This document shows positions 40,932 through 50,385 of a stretch of 64,000 nucleotides of DNA, one piece after another. This stretch comes from Thermoproteota archaeon (GTDB lineage Archaea; Thermoproteota; Thermoprotei_A; EX4484-217-1): contig JAPDJU010000005.1 of assembly GCA_029258915.1 (NCBI GenBank), positions 265,797 to 329,796 on the forward strand, written 5' to 3'. Position 1 is the stretch's first letter. Each line of letters starts with the position of its first letter. Both the position numbers and the translations under genes were made by a program. The notes under the pieces were generated by a model. That model worked only from the letters and a program-made list of their open reading frames with translations, had not been told where the DNA came from and made no database searches.

Positions 40932-41468
40932 CTACTTTAGCTTATAGCCTATTTTCCTAAGGAAAACTCTTCTCTCCCTTATCTTCTCTTCCGTTTCAAT
41001 ACCTACAGGCTTATATCCATCTATGACGCCTAAAAGTCCTCGTCCTTGTTCAGTCTCTATAACTACAGCTTGAATAGGATTTGCTGTAGCAGCAAAAATT
41101 CTGGTGACTTCTGGAACATTTTTTAAAGCGTTAAGAACATTTATTGGCCAACCGTCCTTTAAATATATAATGAAAACATGGCCGGCTCCTATCTTTAGGC
41201 ATGTCTCAGCAGCTAGCTTCCTTAATTCTTCATCGTTACCTTCATATCTTACTAATCTATCACCGCTTGCTTCGCAAAAGCCTAAGCCAAATTTTATTGA
41301 AGGACAGCTATTAACTATTGCTTCGTATATGTCTTCAGTAGATTTTATGAAGTGGCTTTGACCTATAATTATATTCACTCCCTTTGGAAGAGGCAGTTGA
41401 ACGATTTCTACTTTAAATTTTTCACCCACAATAATTCCCCATAATAATTTGAAGTTTAGGAAATCCAT
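40932..41468 (-). CDS. Adenosine-specific kinase family protein (DUF355)
   Basis: NIIIGQSHFIK, FCEASG, GAGH, PINVLN, ATANP, GRGLLGVIDG, IGYK; start probably ~41429. Confidence 0.88.
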   Translation of the reverse strand: MDFLNFKLLWGIIVGEKFKVEIVQLPLPKGVNIIIGQSHFIKSTEDIYEAIVNSCPSIKFGLGFCEASGDRLVRYEGNDEELRKLAAETCLKIGAGHVFIIYLKDGWPINVLNALKNVPEVTRIFAATANPIQAVVIETEQGRGLLGVIDGYKPVGIETEEKIRERRVFLRKIGYKLK

Positions 41469-41521
41469 AAATATGTCTCTTCATACTTAAAATAAATGCA
41501 AAAGTAGCGTGGAGAATATTT

Positions 41522-42901
41522 ATGGAATATGGAGTATTATATCCTCCCAGTATAGACCAGTGGTACCTGCTCGTTAAGATACTCATTAGTTTTCTTGCTG
41601 GAGCACTTATCGGTTTGGAAAGAGAAAAAGCTAAGACCTCGGCTCTTAAAGGAGAGGGCGAATCAGGGCTTCCGCCAGGTGTAAGAAGTTTCGGCTTCAT
41701 AAGTCTGCTAGGTTTGTTCTCAATAGTTATACCTCAAATTGTAGGTCAGAGTGTAGGCTTAATTGAATTCGTTAGAATATTACCTATAGCAATAACAATA
41801 CTTACAGTTTCAATAATAGTTCTCTATAGTGCATATAGATTACTGGTGGTTAAAGAGGCTGGTATAACAACACCTTTAGCATTAAGCTTAACTTTTGCCG
41901 TAGGTATATTGATAGGCTTAGACAGGCTTATTGAGGCAATAGCTACATCGGTTTTCGTAACGTTTATGTTAGCTATCAAGCTAAGAATAGAGGCTTTAAT
42001 CAGATTTATAACTTATGAAGAACTATTATCAATGCTTGAAATAGGTATAATCGTTTTCCTTTTAGGACCATTTTTAGCCGTTGACGTTTATGACCCGGTA
42101 CTTCATGTAATTAACTTCAAGGTTCTTTACATATTTTTTGTAGTCATTCTTGTGTTCTCTCTTCTTGGATACTTTCTAGTGAAAATTAAAGGACCTAAAG
42201 CTATAGAGTATTTTTCCTTTTTCGGAGGACTTGTACATAGTGAAGCAGCAGTTGTAAGTGTAATTAAATTAAGAAAGCATTTGAGAATTCCTAACCCTAT
42301 TGTCTCAGGAAGTATAGTAATAGCTTCTACAGCTATGATCTTTAGAAACATTATGTTAACATTAGTTATGCTTATAGTTACCGTAGGCCATTTGGTTTTA
42401 GGCGAAATTCTGTTCATGGTTTTTGCTATAGCATTTCTAATATCTGCTCTAGAAGGATATTTTATGGTTAAGCTTGCCTTCGCAACACCAATACCTGTAT
42501 CTGAGGAAAAGATTAAAGGTATGGAAATAGCTAAACCAATAAGTTACTCCATAGCCTTAAAAGCTCTACTAATTTTTGCAGCAATGCTAATTGTAGTAAC
42601 TTATACGACCTTCGCTTTCGGTAAACACGGTGTAATAGTATCATCTGTATTTGGAGGTTTAGTGAGCGCAGAAGCGTTGATATTTGCAGTGTTTTCTCTT
42701 CTTTCAGCAAAGAAAATAGCTGTAAATACTGCCCTAGCAGCAGCCCTTCTAGCCACAGGTTCAGCAATATTGAATAAAATATTCTTTGCGAAAGCAGCAG
42801 GAGCTGAAAGCAATATTTTAAAACAAATAATATGGCAACTAATAATACTATCATTACCTGTTGAAATAGCTGGAATATACATAGCATTCATTGCAGGGTA
42901 A
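41522..42901 (+). CDS. MgtC/SapB-family membrane protein with DUF4010-like C-terminus
   Basis: GALIGLERE...GVRSF, GITT, GGLVHS; multi-TM. Confidence 0.85.
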   Translation: MEYGVLYPPSIDQWYLLVKILISFLAGALIGLEREKAKTSALKGEGESGLPPGVRSFGFISLLGLFSIVIPQIVGQSVGLIEFVRILPIAITILTVSIIVLYSAYRLLVVKEAGITTPLALSLTFAVGILIGLDRLIEAIATSVFVTFMLAIKLRIEALIRFITYEELLSMLEIGIIVFLLGPFLAVDVYDPVLHVINFKVLYIFFVVILVFSLLGYFLVKIKGPKAIEYFSFFGGLVHSEAAVVSVIKLRKHLRIPNPIVSGSIVIASTAMIFRNIMLTLVMLIVTVGHLVLGEILFMVFAIAFLISALEGYFMVKLAFATPIPVSEEKIKGMEIAKPISYSIALKALLIFAAMLIVVTYTTFAFGKHGVIVSSVFGGLVSAEALIFAVFSLLSAKKIAVNTALAAALLATGSAILNKIFFAKAAGAESNILKQIIWQLIILSLPVEIAGIYIAFIAG

Positions 42902-43080
42902 AAGCTGCAGTTAATTTCATCTTTACAACAGCCGCGAAATTGGCATGCATATCATCCATAAACTTTTTATTCTTATTATAGCAAGCTCTTAAATATTTTG
43001 ATGCCTATATTATGATAAAGAGCAAGATTATAATGAATTGATCTCTATAAAAAACCCTTTAATTGTAATTGAAGGTCTTA

Positions 43081-43112
43081 ATAAACTTTACCAATATATT
43101 GGTAAAGTTTAT
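43081..43112. promoter_or_regulatory. Perfect 32-bp palindrome overlapping the putative ssb promoter
   Basis: ATAAACTTTACCAATA|TATTGGTAAAGTTTAT is its own reverse complement; right arm runs into TTTATATAA. Confidence 0.75.
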
Positions 43113-43134
43113 ATAAGCCGGTCTAGAAAGGGCA

Positions 43135-43179
43135 CTTGTCCCGCAAGAAACATGTGCTGTTTCTTGCTGGGATATCAAG
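43135..43179 (+). promoter_or_regulatory. Stable hairpin in putative ssb 5' leader
   Basis: CTTG-TCCC-GCAAGAAACA / loop TGTGC / TGTTTCTTGC-T-GGGA-TAT-CAAG. Confidence 0.6.
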
Positions 43180-43203
43180 CGTAAAATAAAGAGTGGAAAA
43201 CAT

Positions 43204-43602
43204 TTGGGTAGAGAAGTAAAAATTAAAGATCTAAAGCCCGGAATGGACAATATATCAATAAAAGTAAGAATTCTTGAAGCAGGTAAACCTAAAGTTATTC
43301 AAACAAGAAAAGGTTCAAGGATAATATCAGAAGCCCTTGTTGGTGACGAAACAGGAAGAACAAGAATGACATTATGGGGTAAGAAAGCAGGAAGCATAAA
43401 AGCGGGAGAAGTAATAAGGCTTAGAAAAGCATTCGTAACAGTGTTTAGAGGAGTAGCTCAATTAAACATAGGTAAGCAAGGAGAAATAGTAAAGCTTGAT
43501 GACAGCGAAGTTGTAGCTTCGAACAAAATCCCAGAAACATCACCTAAAGTAGAATCTCATAGAAGACCATACAGAAGAACTTCGTTCAGAAAATCATGGT
43601 AA
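43204..43602 (+). CDS. ssb: Single-stranded DNA-binding protein (single OB fold, crenarchaeal type)
   Basis: KIKDLKPGM, ISEALVGDETGR..MTLWG, FRG..QLNIG; basic tail. Confidence 0.88.
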   Translation: MGREVKIKDLKPGMDNISIKVRILEAGKPKVIQTRKGSRIISEALVGDETGRTRMTLWGKKAGSIKAGEVIRLRKAFVTVFRGVAQLNIGKQGEIVKLDDSEVVASNKIPETSPKVESHRRPYRRTSFRKSW

Positions 43603-43623
43603 AGAAATATGAGGGAATAATTT

Positions 43624-43893
43624 ATGGAAAAAGAGATATTAGACAAAAAACCGATAAGAAAAGGTACACCAATAGGAAAAAGCGACGAAGGCTATGTTGT
43701 TAGCCTAGATGAAAATCACGCTTACACGTTAAATCCGGCAGCATTTTACATATGGCTTCTATGTAGCGGAGAATTAACAGTAAATGAGATCGTAGATAAA
43801 ATCGCAGAAGCCACAGGCATCAAGAGAACAGAACTCGAAGAACCCGTTAACTACATTGTAAAAGAGTTACTAAGAGTAAAACTCATAGAGTAA
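43624..43893 (+). CDS. PqqD-like winged-helix protein
   Basis: YTLNPAAFYIWLLCSGELTVNEIV...LL..KLIE. Confidence 0.75.
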   Translation: MEKEILDKKPIRKGTPIGKSDEGYVVSLDENHAYTLNPAAFYIWLLCSGELTVNEIVDKIAEATGIKRTELEEPVNYIVKELLRVKLIE

Positions 43894-44030
43894 AAACCTA
43901 TACGTAACAAAAACTTAACACAACATTTTTTCTTTATATTTTCCTTAGCTCGTTTCGAGATGTCCCTAGCAGTTATATAAAATCTTTAACCTAATATATT
44001 TCTGACCTTGTAGATAATGTTGTGTAGTTA

Positions 44031-44687
44031 ATGAGGGAAGTTTTCATGAGGAAACCTATTAGGCTAGGTATTCCGGTTTTAGACGAATATGTAGGTAGTT
44101 TAAAACCTGGAACAACAATACTTATCGAAGGTCTACCAGAAACTTATCCCTACCTATTACTTCACAGAATAGGGTATCAAGTTTCTAGAGCAGGAGTAAA
44201 AGTAACGTACATAATTTGGGGAGATAATGCAGAAGATTATAGAGAGGCAGCAATTAATGTAGGACTAGATGTACCAACTCTTGAAAGAGAACATCTATGG
44301 AAATATTTTTCGATAATGTCTTTAGATGAGTTATGGAATATTATGTTAAAGGAAGCAGCTAAATCGTTGATCCTAATAGATGCCACATCAATATCCTTGG
44401 AAATACCTCTAAAGGAAGCCATGGAATTAAGGAACATGGCTAAAAAGTGGGGTACAATCACAGTTATATCTATAACACCTCCTGTAATAGGAGAGAAAAC
44501 GCTTCTCTTACTGGAGAAACTGTTTGATATAATATTAGAATTACAAGTGAAGATAATTAGAGATGAAGTAAGGTATCTAATGAATATTAAGAAACACAAG
44601 AAAATGCCTAAAAAAGGTCTTATAATAACCTACTCTATAGGGGCACAAGGGATTAAGGTGGAACAATTAAGAAAAATACCGTACTAA
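44031..44687 (+). CDS. KaiC/RAD55-family RecA-fold protein with degenerate Walker A
   Basis: LGIPVLDEY.G.L.PGTTILIEG, Walker A replaced by GLPETYPY, FDIILEL, IKKH, GIKV. Confidence 0.75.
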   Translation: MREVFMRKPIRLGIPVLDEYVGSLKPGTTILIEGLPETYPYLLLHRIGYQVSRAGVKVTYIIWGDNAEDYREAAINVGLDVPTLEREHLWKYFSIMSLDELWNIMLKEAAKSLILIDATSISLEIPLKEAMELRNMAKKWGTITVISITPPVIGEKTLLLLEKLFDIILELQVKIIRDEVRYLMNIKKHKKMPKKGLIITYSIGAQGIKVEQLRKIPY

Positions 44688-44806
44688 AACGCAACAAAGC
44701 ATCTGAATAAGAAGTCAAGGAGCATGTATGACAGCAAAATACACTTAAAGCGAACAATCTTAAATATACTTAGAATACTAGAATAAGAATATTTTAGGGA
44801 AACTGA

Positions 44807-46405
44807 ATGGATATTTTAGAGAAAATAAGAAGGAAACTAAACAATAATGTAAATCCTGGTTTGGCGAAGGGAAAAGTTGCAGCAAAAACTGTAGCCATCA
44901 AAGCAAAAAAGGAACTGCCTAAAAAAAGAACCTTGGTTAAAAATATATATGCTGTAAATCCGCCATACGCTTATGTAATGATATATATTGATGAAAAAGG
45001 TATCTTACGATACAATGTATTAGAACCCTATCTTGTACCCGAAGAGAAAATATACTATAAAGAGATGAAGGAGCTAATACTTGAAGAAGCAAAGATACCT
45101 ATTGCAGCATTAAGAGATTATAGAATGGCCTCAGAGGTTCTCTCTAAAACAATAGATGAAATAGTAAGGAGGTATAGAATAAGACTTCAAAAGGAATCTA
45201 TAGACAAAATTAAGTATTATATAGTGAGAGACCTTGTAGGTTACGGTAAAATAGATCCTATGTATAGAGATCCTTATGTTGAAGATATAGTTTGTGATGG
45301 CCATAATATACATGTTTATGTTTACCATAGAGACTTTGAGTGGATGCCAACAAATGTAATTTTTGAAAGCCCTGATGAGCTTGAAAGCTTTATTAGGAAA
45401 TTAGCTTTTAGAGCAGGTCAAAGCATTACCTATGCCAGGCCTATAGTTGAAGGACCATTACCTCCTGAAGGTTTTAGAGTGCATTTAACATTAAAAGAGG
45501 TATCTCGTAGAGGAAGCACTTTTACCATTAGAAAATATAGCATAGAGCCTTACACTGTAATTAATCTGTTAAAGTTTAATACATTAAGTACAGACACCGC
45601 TGCCTACCTATGGTTATTAATAGATAACGTAATGAGCTTCATGGTTCTCGGCCCCATGGCCTCCGGTAAAACAACATTACTTAACGCTGTAGCTATGATG
45701 ATTAGGCCTGAAGCAAAAATAGTTACCATAGAGGAAACGCCCGAACTAAGGCTCCCTCATGAAAATTGGGTTCCCATGACTGTAAGGCCTAGTTTCGAAC
45801 CTGGAGTTGAAGATATAACACTTTTTGAGCTTTTAAAGAGCGCATTAAGGCAAAGACCTGAATACATTATTGTAGGTGAAATTAGAGGTAAAGAAGCATA
45901 TACGTTTTTCCAAGCAATGGCAGTAGGGCATGGAGGATTAACGACTATACATGGTGAAAGCGTTCAAGCAGTAATTTCAAGGTTAGAGAACGAGCCCATG
46001 AATATACCTAGAGTTTTAATACCTTTAGTTAAAGCATTCGTGCATATGGGTAGGGTTAAAGTTAGAGGAGAAATTATGAGAAGAGTATTAAGAGTTGTTG
46101 AAACAGTAGGCATAGACACAGCTACAAAGGAAGTTATATTAAACGAAGTTTACGTATGGGACCCCGTAACAGATACATGGAAATTCTCTGGGAGAAGCTA
46201 CGCTTTCGAATACATAGCTACAAACAGAGGTTTACCTTTAAGTGAAATATATAAAGACTTTGAAAGAAGGAGAATAGTGTTAGAATGGATGAAACAGAAG
46301 AACATGGTTAAATTCTCCGAAGTAGCCGATATACTGAGAAAATACTATCAAGACCCTGAAGAAACCTATAGACATGCAGAATCCGAATTAAGGAGGATAG
46401 CGTAA
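44807..46405 (+). CDS. Type IV pilus/type II-IV secretion ATPase (VirB11/FlaI/TadA family)
   Basis: GYGKIDP..D..VEDI, FTIRK, GPMASGKTT, IEETPEL, LRQRPE.IIVGEIRG, GH..TTIH. Confidence 0.93.
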   Translation: MDILEKIRRKLNNNVNPGLAKGKVAAKTVAIKAKKELPKKRTLVKNIYAVNPPYAYVMIYIDEKGILRYNVLEPYLVPEEKIYYKEMKELILEEAKIPIAALRDYRMASEVLSKTIDEIVRRYRIRLQKESIDKIKYYIVRDLVGYGKIDPMYRDPYVEDIVCDGHNIHVYVYHRDFEWMPTNVIFESPDELESFIRKLAFRAGQSITYARPIVEGPLPPEGFRVHLTLKEVSRRGSTFTIRKYSIEPYTVINLLKFNTLSTDTAAYLWLLIDNVMSFMVLGPMASGKTTLLNAVAMMIRPEAKIVTIEETPELRLPHENWVPMTVRPSFEPGVEDITLFELLKSALRQRPEYIIVGEIRGKEAYTFFQAMAVGHGGLTTIHGESVQAVISRLENEPMNIPRVLIPLVKAFVHMGRVKVRGEIMRRVLRVVETVGIDTATKEVILNEVYVWDPVTDTWKFSGRSYAFEYIATNRGLPLSEIYKDFERRRIVLEWMKQKNMVKFSEVADILRKYYQDPEETYRHAESELRRIA

Positions 46406-46406
46406 G

Positions 46407-47291
46407 TTGGGCATTTCGCATGTAGCATACAGAATGTTTAAAGGAAAAGGAATATACAATTTCCTCTTAAAAACCTTAAGCTGGTTAGACCCATACTTAA
46501 TGTACTCAGGTTTTAACATACCTTTACGTAGATATGTAGCTACTTTAATTTTAATTACACTAATCACTTTCTCTGCATCATTACCATTAACTTACATTTT
46601 GCATACCTTATTCTTTGAAACAAGTGTAGTATTTAATTTAGCAGCCTCAATCATACTCTCCTTAATGGTATCAGCTATAATTCTAAGTCTTTTTGTATAC
46701 ATACCTGTTTTTAAAGCTAAAAGTAGACTTGAACTCTTAGAAACAAGGCTTCCCTACATAGTTTCATACATGACCATCTTATCCTATGCAGGAAGAAATG
46801 TAGAGTCCATAATTGCTAAACTTACTGAAAAAGGGAAACTATTTGGTATAGAAGAACCAGCTACAAGAATGCTTAGAAAAATTTTTATCTTAGGCCAAGA
46901 TACGGCTAAAATGCTTATGGATGAGGCTAGAAAAAACCCTTCAATAGTTTATTCATCCCTCTTAGAAAGCTTAGCTGGAATTGTTGAAACAGGTAAGGGG
47001 TTAAGTGAATTTTTAGAATCCGAGTTTATGAATTTGCTAAGAAGTAGAGAAGCAAAAATTAAGGAAGCCATGAATTCTATGACAGTTTTGATGGAAATAT
47101 TCATCAGTCTAGTTATTGTCTTACCATTAGTCTTAACAATAATGTTATCTATTATGGCGTCTTTAGGAACTGTTGCATTACCTATAGATCCACTTTTACT
47201 TTTATTTCTAATGTATTTCATAATAGCTCCATCGATAGCTACAATGATAGTTTTAATGATAGATTCCTTAATATCAAAGATTTCGGGATAG
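46407..47291 (+). CDS. Type II secretion system F-domain membrane platform protein (TadC/FlaJ-like)
   Basis: ETRLPY..SYM, NPS..., TM helices; follows the ATPase. Confidence 0.85.
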   Translation: MGISHVAYRMFKGKGIYNFLLKTLSWLDPYLMYSGFNIPLRRYVATLILITLITFSASLPLTYILHTLFFETSVVFNLAASIILSLMVSAIILSLFVYIPVFKAKSRLELLETRLPYIVSYMTILSYAGRNVESIIAKLTEKGKLFGIEEPATRMLRKIFILGQDTAKMLMDEARKNPSIVYSSLLESLAGIVETGKGLSEFLESEFMNLLRSREAKIKEAMNSMTVLMEIFISLVIVLPLVLTIMLSIMASLGTVALPIDPLLLLFLMYFIIAPSIATMIVLMIDSLISKISG

Positions 47292-47294
47292 CAT

Positions 47295-48221
47295 ATGAGC
47301 AAGCACTTAGTAGTAAAAGTTATGAATAGAAATATCTTAACCTTGATACTGTCTGTCTTCTTAGCTACGCTCTTCTTAGTAATAAGTCTTGTAGTTTTAA
47401 AAATGGCTGATTTCACTAAAGCACTCATAATAGCTGGGCCTATACCTACATTGTTACCTTATGATATTAATTTCATAAACTTAATGGTTGCATTTGCAAT
47501 TATCTTACTTACTCCTTATCCTCTAATTAAATACTTGGAGCATAGGAGGAAGCGAAAAGTCGAATTACTAATGCCTGTTTTTCTTTACGATCTCGCAGGA
47601 CTCGTTAGAGCCGGTTATACTGTACCTAAAGCTCTTGAAATGGAAGCCGAAAAAGACCTGGGACCTTTAACAGACCTTATAAGAAAAGCAGTTACTAGAA
47701 TAACCTTAGGCGAAAGTGTTTCTAAGGCTCTAAACAAAGCATTTAAGGACCAAACCTTAATAACCAGAAGATTTATTGAAACAATAGCTGAGGCTCATGA
47801 AAGCGGAGGAAGAGCAGCCCAAGTACTTTCGGGAGCATCATCGCATGCAGCTAGGCTTGAGGCATTTGAGGAAGAAAAGAGAAGAAGTATGAAAGTTTAT
47901 GTTTCTATAATATACGTTTCAATAATAGTATTCATGGTTTCGGCTGCCTTTCTTCTATTCTTTAATACAGCACTTTATGGAACTATGAAGGAAGGCGGAG
48001 GAATATTCACCATGTTGCTTACGCCAGAGCAGTTGAGAGGGTTATTGTATTACGCTACATTACTTATATCTGCTCCTTCATGCTTTGTTATAGGTAAAAT
48101 AAGGTCAGGGACCATAGTGGAAGGCGCATTACATTTAGTTTTTATTTACATAGCGATAGCTATTTTCTATAATAGCATAGATGGCATAATTTCTATGCTT
48201 TTATCTCTTTTCTCTCTTTAA
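47295..48221 (+). CDS. Type II secretion system F-domain membrane platform protein (TadC/FlaJ-like)
   Basis: PVFLYDLA..VRAG, LGPLT, HESGG, GKIRSG. Confidence 0.85.
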   Translation: MSKHLVVKVMNRNILTLILSVFLATLFLVISLVVLKMADFTKALIIAGPIPTLLPYDINFINLMVAFAIILLTPYPLIKYLEHRRKRKVELLMPVFLYDLAGLVRAGYTVPKALEMEAEKDLGPLTDLIRKAVTRITLGESVSKALNKAFKDQTLITRRFIETIAEAHESGGRAAQVLSGASSHAARLEAFEEEKRRSMKVYVSIIYVSIIVFMVSAAFLLFFNTALYGTMKEGGGIFTMLLTPEQLRGLLYYATLLISAPSCFVIGKIRSGTIVEGALHLVFIYIAIAIFYNSIDGIISMLLSLFSL

Positions 48222-49203
48222 ACTTTTTAACAAGTGTGAGAATTTGATTAAGTATTTCAGTTATGGATTTACCGGAAACGAGATTAACACCTTGACTTGA
48301 GGCTACCTTTCTTATGCTCTCCGAGGAACTGTCAGTTACATAAATGTATTTAATATCTGGGAAATCCATGAACTTAGCTATATGAGCAAGAAGGTCCGTT
48401 ATTTGAAGTTCAGCTGATGCTATTGGTCTATAATCTACCCCTATTAACGATTGGTCTGCTTTAACCACAATGTCGAACCTATGATTTACGCCTGAAATAC
48501 CTTTTAAGGTAGCGTTCTTCTCTACTTGAAAACCTTTAGATGAAAGTGATAGAAGTATTAAATTTCTAATTAAAATACCTGATTTTAGCAGTTTAACGCC
48601 ATAATCCGTTGTTCTATACATGTAAACTGCTTTATACTTTGCTGTCAATATATTAAATTCCTTACCGCATTCCCTACATATGAAATGTATTTTTGGTCTA
48701 TCTGCTCTTCTACCACAGTCTATACATTCAAATATTTCACCTAAAACTCTATAGTCAACACCTTCTTCACGAAGGCTCACTTTACAGTTCGGACATATAA
48801 GCTGTTCTTCAGACTCCTTCTTAGGCTGGCGAAGAAATTTCAACTTAGTATCTACGAAACCACAGGTTACATGCTGTATTATTTCTGTCTTAATCATGTT
48901 TATTGAACCGCATGAAGGGCATTTAAACCTAGTACCTACATGGATTTTACCGCAATAAGGACATTCAATGACTCTCTCGGCTATTTTTTCCTCAACAAGC
49001 CCTAATTCTATGAGTTTCCTTATTTTCTCTTGCCACTCAGGAAACATTTTCATTTTAGGATATTCTATACCATGCTCTAACCTAATCTGAGGCGCAATTT
49101 CTCTTTCCTCAACCATTATTTCTAAAATTTTAAGTAGCGTGGGATCCCTAAGTAACGTTTCAGCAAGTACTAACTCCCTATTTTTCTCCAACACTGTGCT
49201 CAA
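48193..49203 (-). CDS. TackOD1-like multi-Zn-ribbon protein with C-terminal restriction-endonuclease-like domain
   Basis: CPYCG, CPSCGS, HVTCG, CPNC..L...GVDY, CIDC, CRECG; C-terminal LKGISGVNHRFDIV. Confidence 0.75.
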   Translation of the reverse strand: MSTVLEKNRELVLAETLLRDPTLLKILEIMVEEREIAPQIRLEHGIEYPKMKMFPEWQEKIRKLIELGLVEEKIAERVIECPYCGKIHVGTRFKCPSCGSINMIKTEIIQHVTCGFVDTKLKFLRQPKKESEEQLICPNCKVSLREEGVDYRVLGEIFECIDCGRRADRPKIHFICRECGKEFNILTAKYKAVYMYRTTDYGVKLLKSGILIRNLILLSLSSKGFQVEKNATLKGISGVNHRFDIVVKADQSLIGVDYRPIASAELQITDLLAHIAKFMDFPDIKYIYVTDSSSESIRKVASSQGVNLVSGKSITEILNQILTLVKKFKERKEIKA

Positions 49204-49269
49204 AAACAGTGCACCAGACTGTTCGATAGTATTCCAATCTACTATATAGAAATATAGCTTTATTGCTTT

Positions 49270-49713
49270 TTAAACTCTCTTTAACCGGTGCTTATAAGTT
49301 TTGCCTTTGTCTATTATGTGTATTACTTCGATTCCTCTGCTTACCAGAGTGTCTGAGATGAATCTTCTATGGCACTTAAACCATAATTTCTCAGAACACA
49401 TTATAGCTACATTGCAATTAGTATTTTGAATGGCAGACATAAGCCTATTTATACCTTCTACGTAATCTTCTGTTTTCATATATTCTTCATAACCGCCTTT
49501 CCTAAAACCTCCTAAAAGATCACCTAACCATAAATACCCTATACCAAGCTTATCTAGTTTATGTTGGAGACGATCTCTATTAAAATAAGGATATTTAGTA
49601 CTCTTAGGAAAACGTCTAACATCAACTAACATCTTAATATCATAATACTTCAGTAGGCTTACGAACATGCTTAAACTCCTATTTGAGTGCCCTATTGTGT
49701 ACACTTTAGCCAT
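49270..49713 (-). CDS. DUF488 family protein
   Basis: YTIGHSNR, LVDVRRFP, LGGFR, MCSE..W.KCHR. Confidence 0.88.
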   Translation of the reverse strand: MAKVYTIGHSNRSLSMFVSLLKYYDIKMLVDVRRFPKSTKYPYFNRDRLQHKLDKLGIGYLWLGDLLGGFRKGGYEEYMKTEDYVEGINRLMSAIQNTNCNVAIMCSEKLWFKCHRRFISDTLVSRGIEVIHIIDKGKTYKHRLKRV

Positions 49714-49835
49714 AAATTACTACCTTTTACACTCTACTAGGTAAAAGTGTTTATTTTTAGAATTAACTATTTTTCTATAGTCTGAGAAGATACTTTACGA
49801 GAAATAGTTAGCATGGAAATGAGGAGAGTAAAGTA

Positions 49836-50321
49836 TTGAGCATGAAGTATGCTATAAGACAAACAACATTAAATGACATAGACAGGGTTATGTACATAAA
49901 TAGAGTGTCGCTTCCCGAAAACTATACAAAAGTATTCTTTATAGAGCATTTAAGGAAGTGGCCAAAAGGATTCTATGTGGCTGAAGTCGATGGTGTAGTT
50001 ATAGGTTATGTTATGTCAAGGGTTGAAATAGGGTGGGGTTACCTTAAACCAGGGCTTGTAAGAAAAGGGCATATAGTTTCTTTAGCTGTTCTGGAAAATT
50101 ATAGGAGAAAAGGTATTGGAACAGCACTTATGCAAGCAGCGCTTAAAGGATTAAAAGAGTATGGTGCAAGAGAAGTGTATTTAGAAGTTAGGGTTTCAAA
50201 TACTCCAGCAATAAGACTTTATGAGAAACTAGGATTTACAGTGAAGAGAACAATACCGTACTACTATCTTGATGGTGAGGATGCGTTTCTTATGGTTAAA
50301 CCTTTAGCTGAAATACCCTAG
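49836..50321 (+). CDS. N-terminal acetyltransferase (Ard1/RimI GNAT)
   Basis: SLPENY, GHIVSLAV, RRKGIG, LEVRVSN..AI.LYEK, YYLDGEDA. Confidence 0.92.
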   Translation: MSMKYAIRQTTLNDIDRVMYINRVSLPENYTKVFFIEHLRKWPKGFYVAEVDGVVIGYVMSRVEIGWGYLKPGLVRKGHIVSLAVLENYRRKGIGTALMQAALKGLKEYGAREVYLEVRVSNTPAIRLYEKLGFTVKRTIPYYYLDGEDAFLMVKPLAEIP

Positions 50322-50385
50322 AATTTTTAAAGCATGCTTAAGCAAGAAACTATAATCTGAAATAAACGTTAGGTGAAGTTGGCTT

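Noticed and set aside
49818-49850. ATGAGGA...TTGA...ATGAAG C/D-like boxes
   Set aside because: Explained by the Shine-Dalgarno and start of the acetyltransferase gene; no terminal D box
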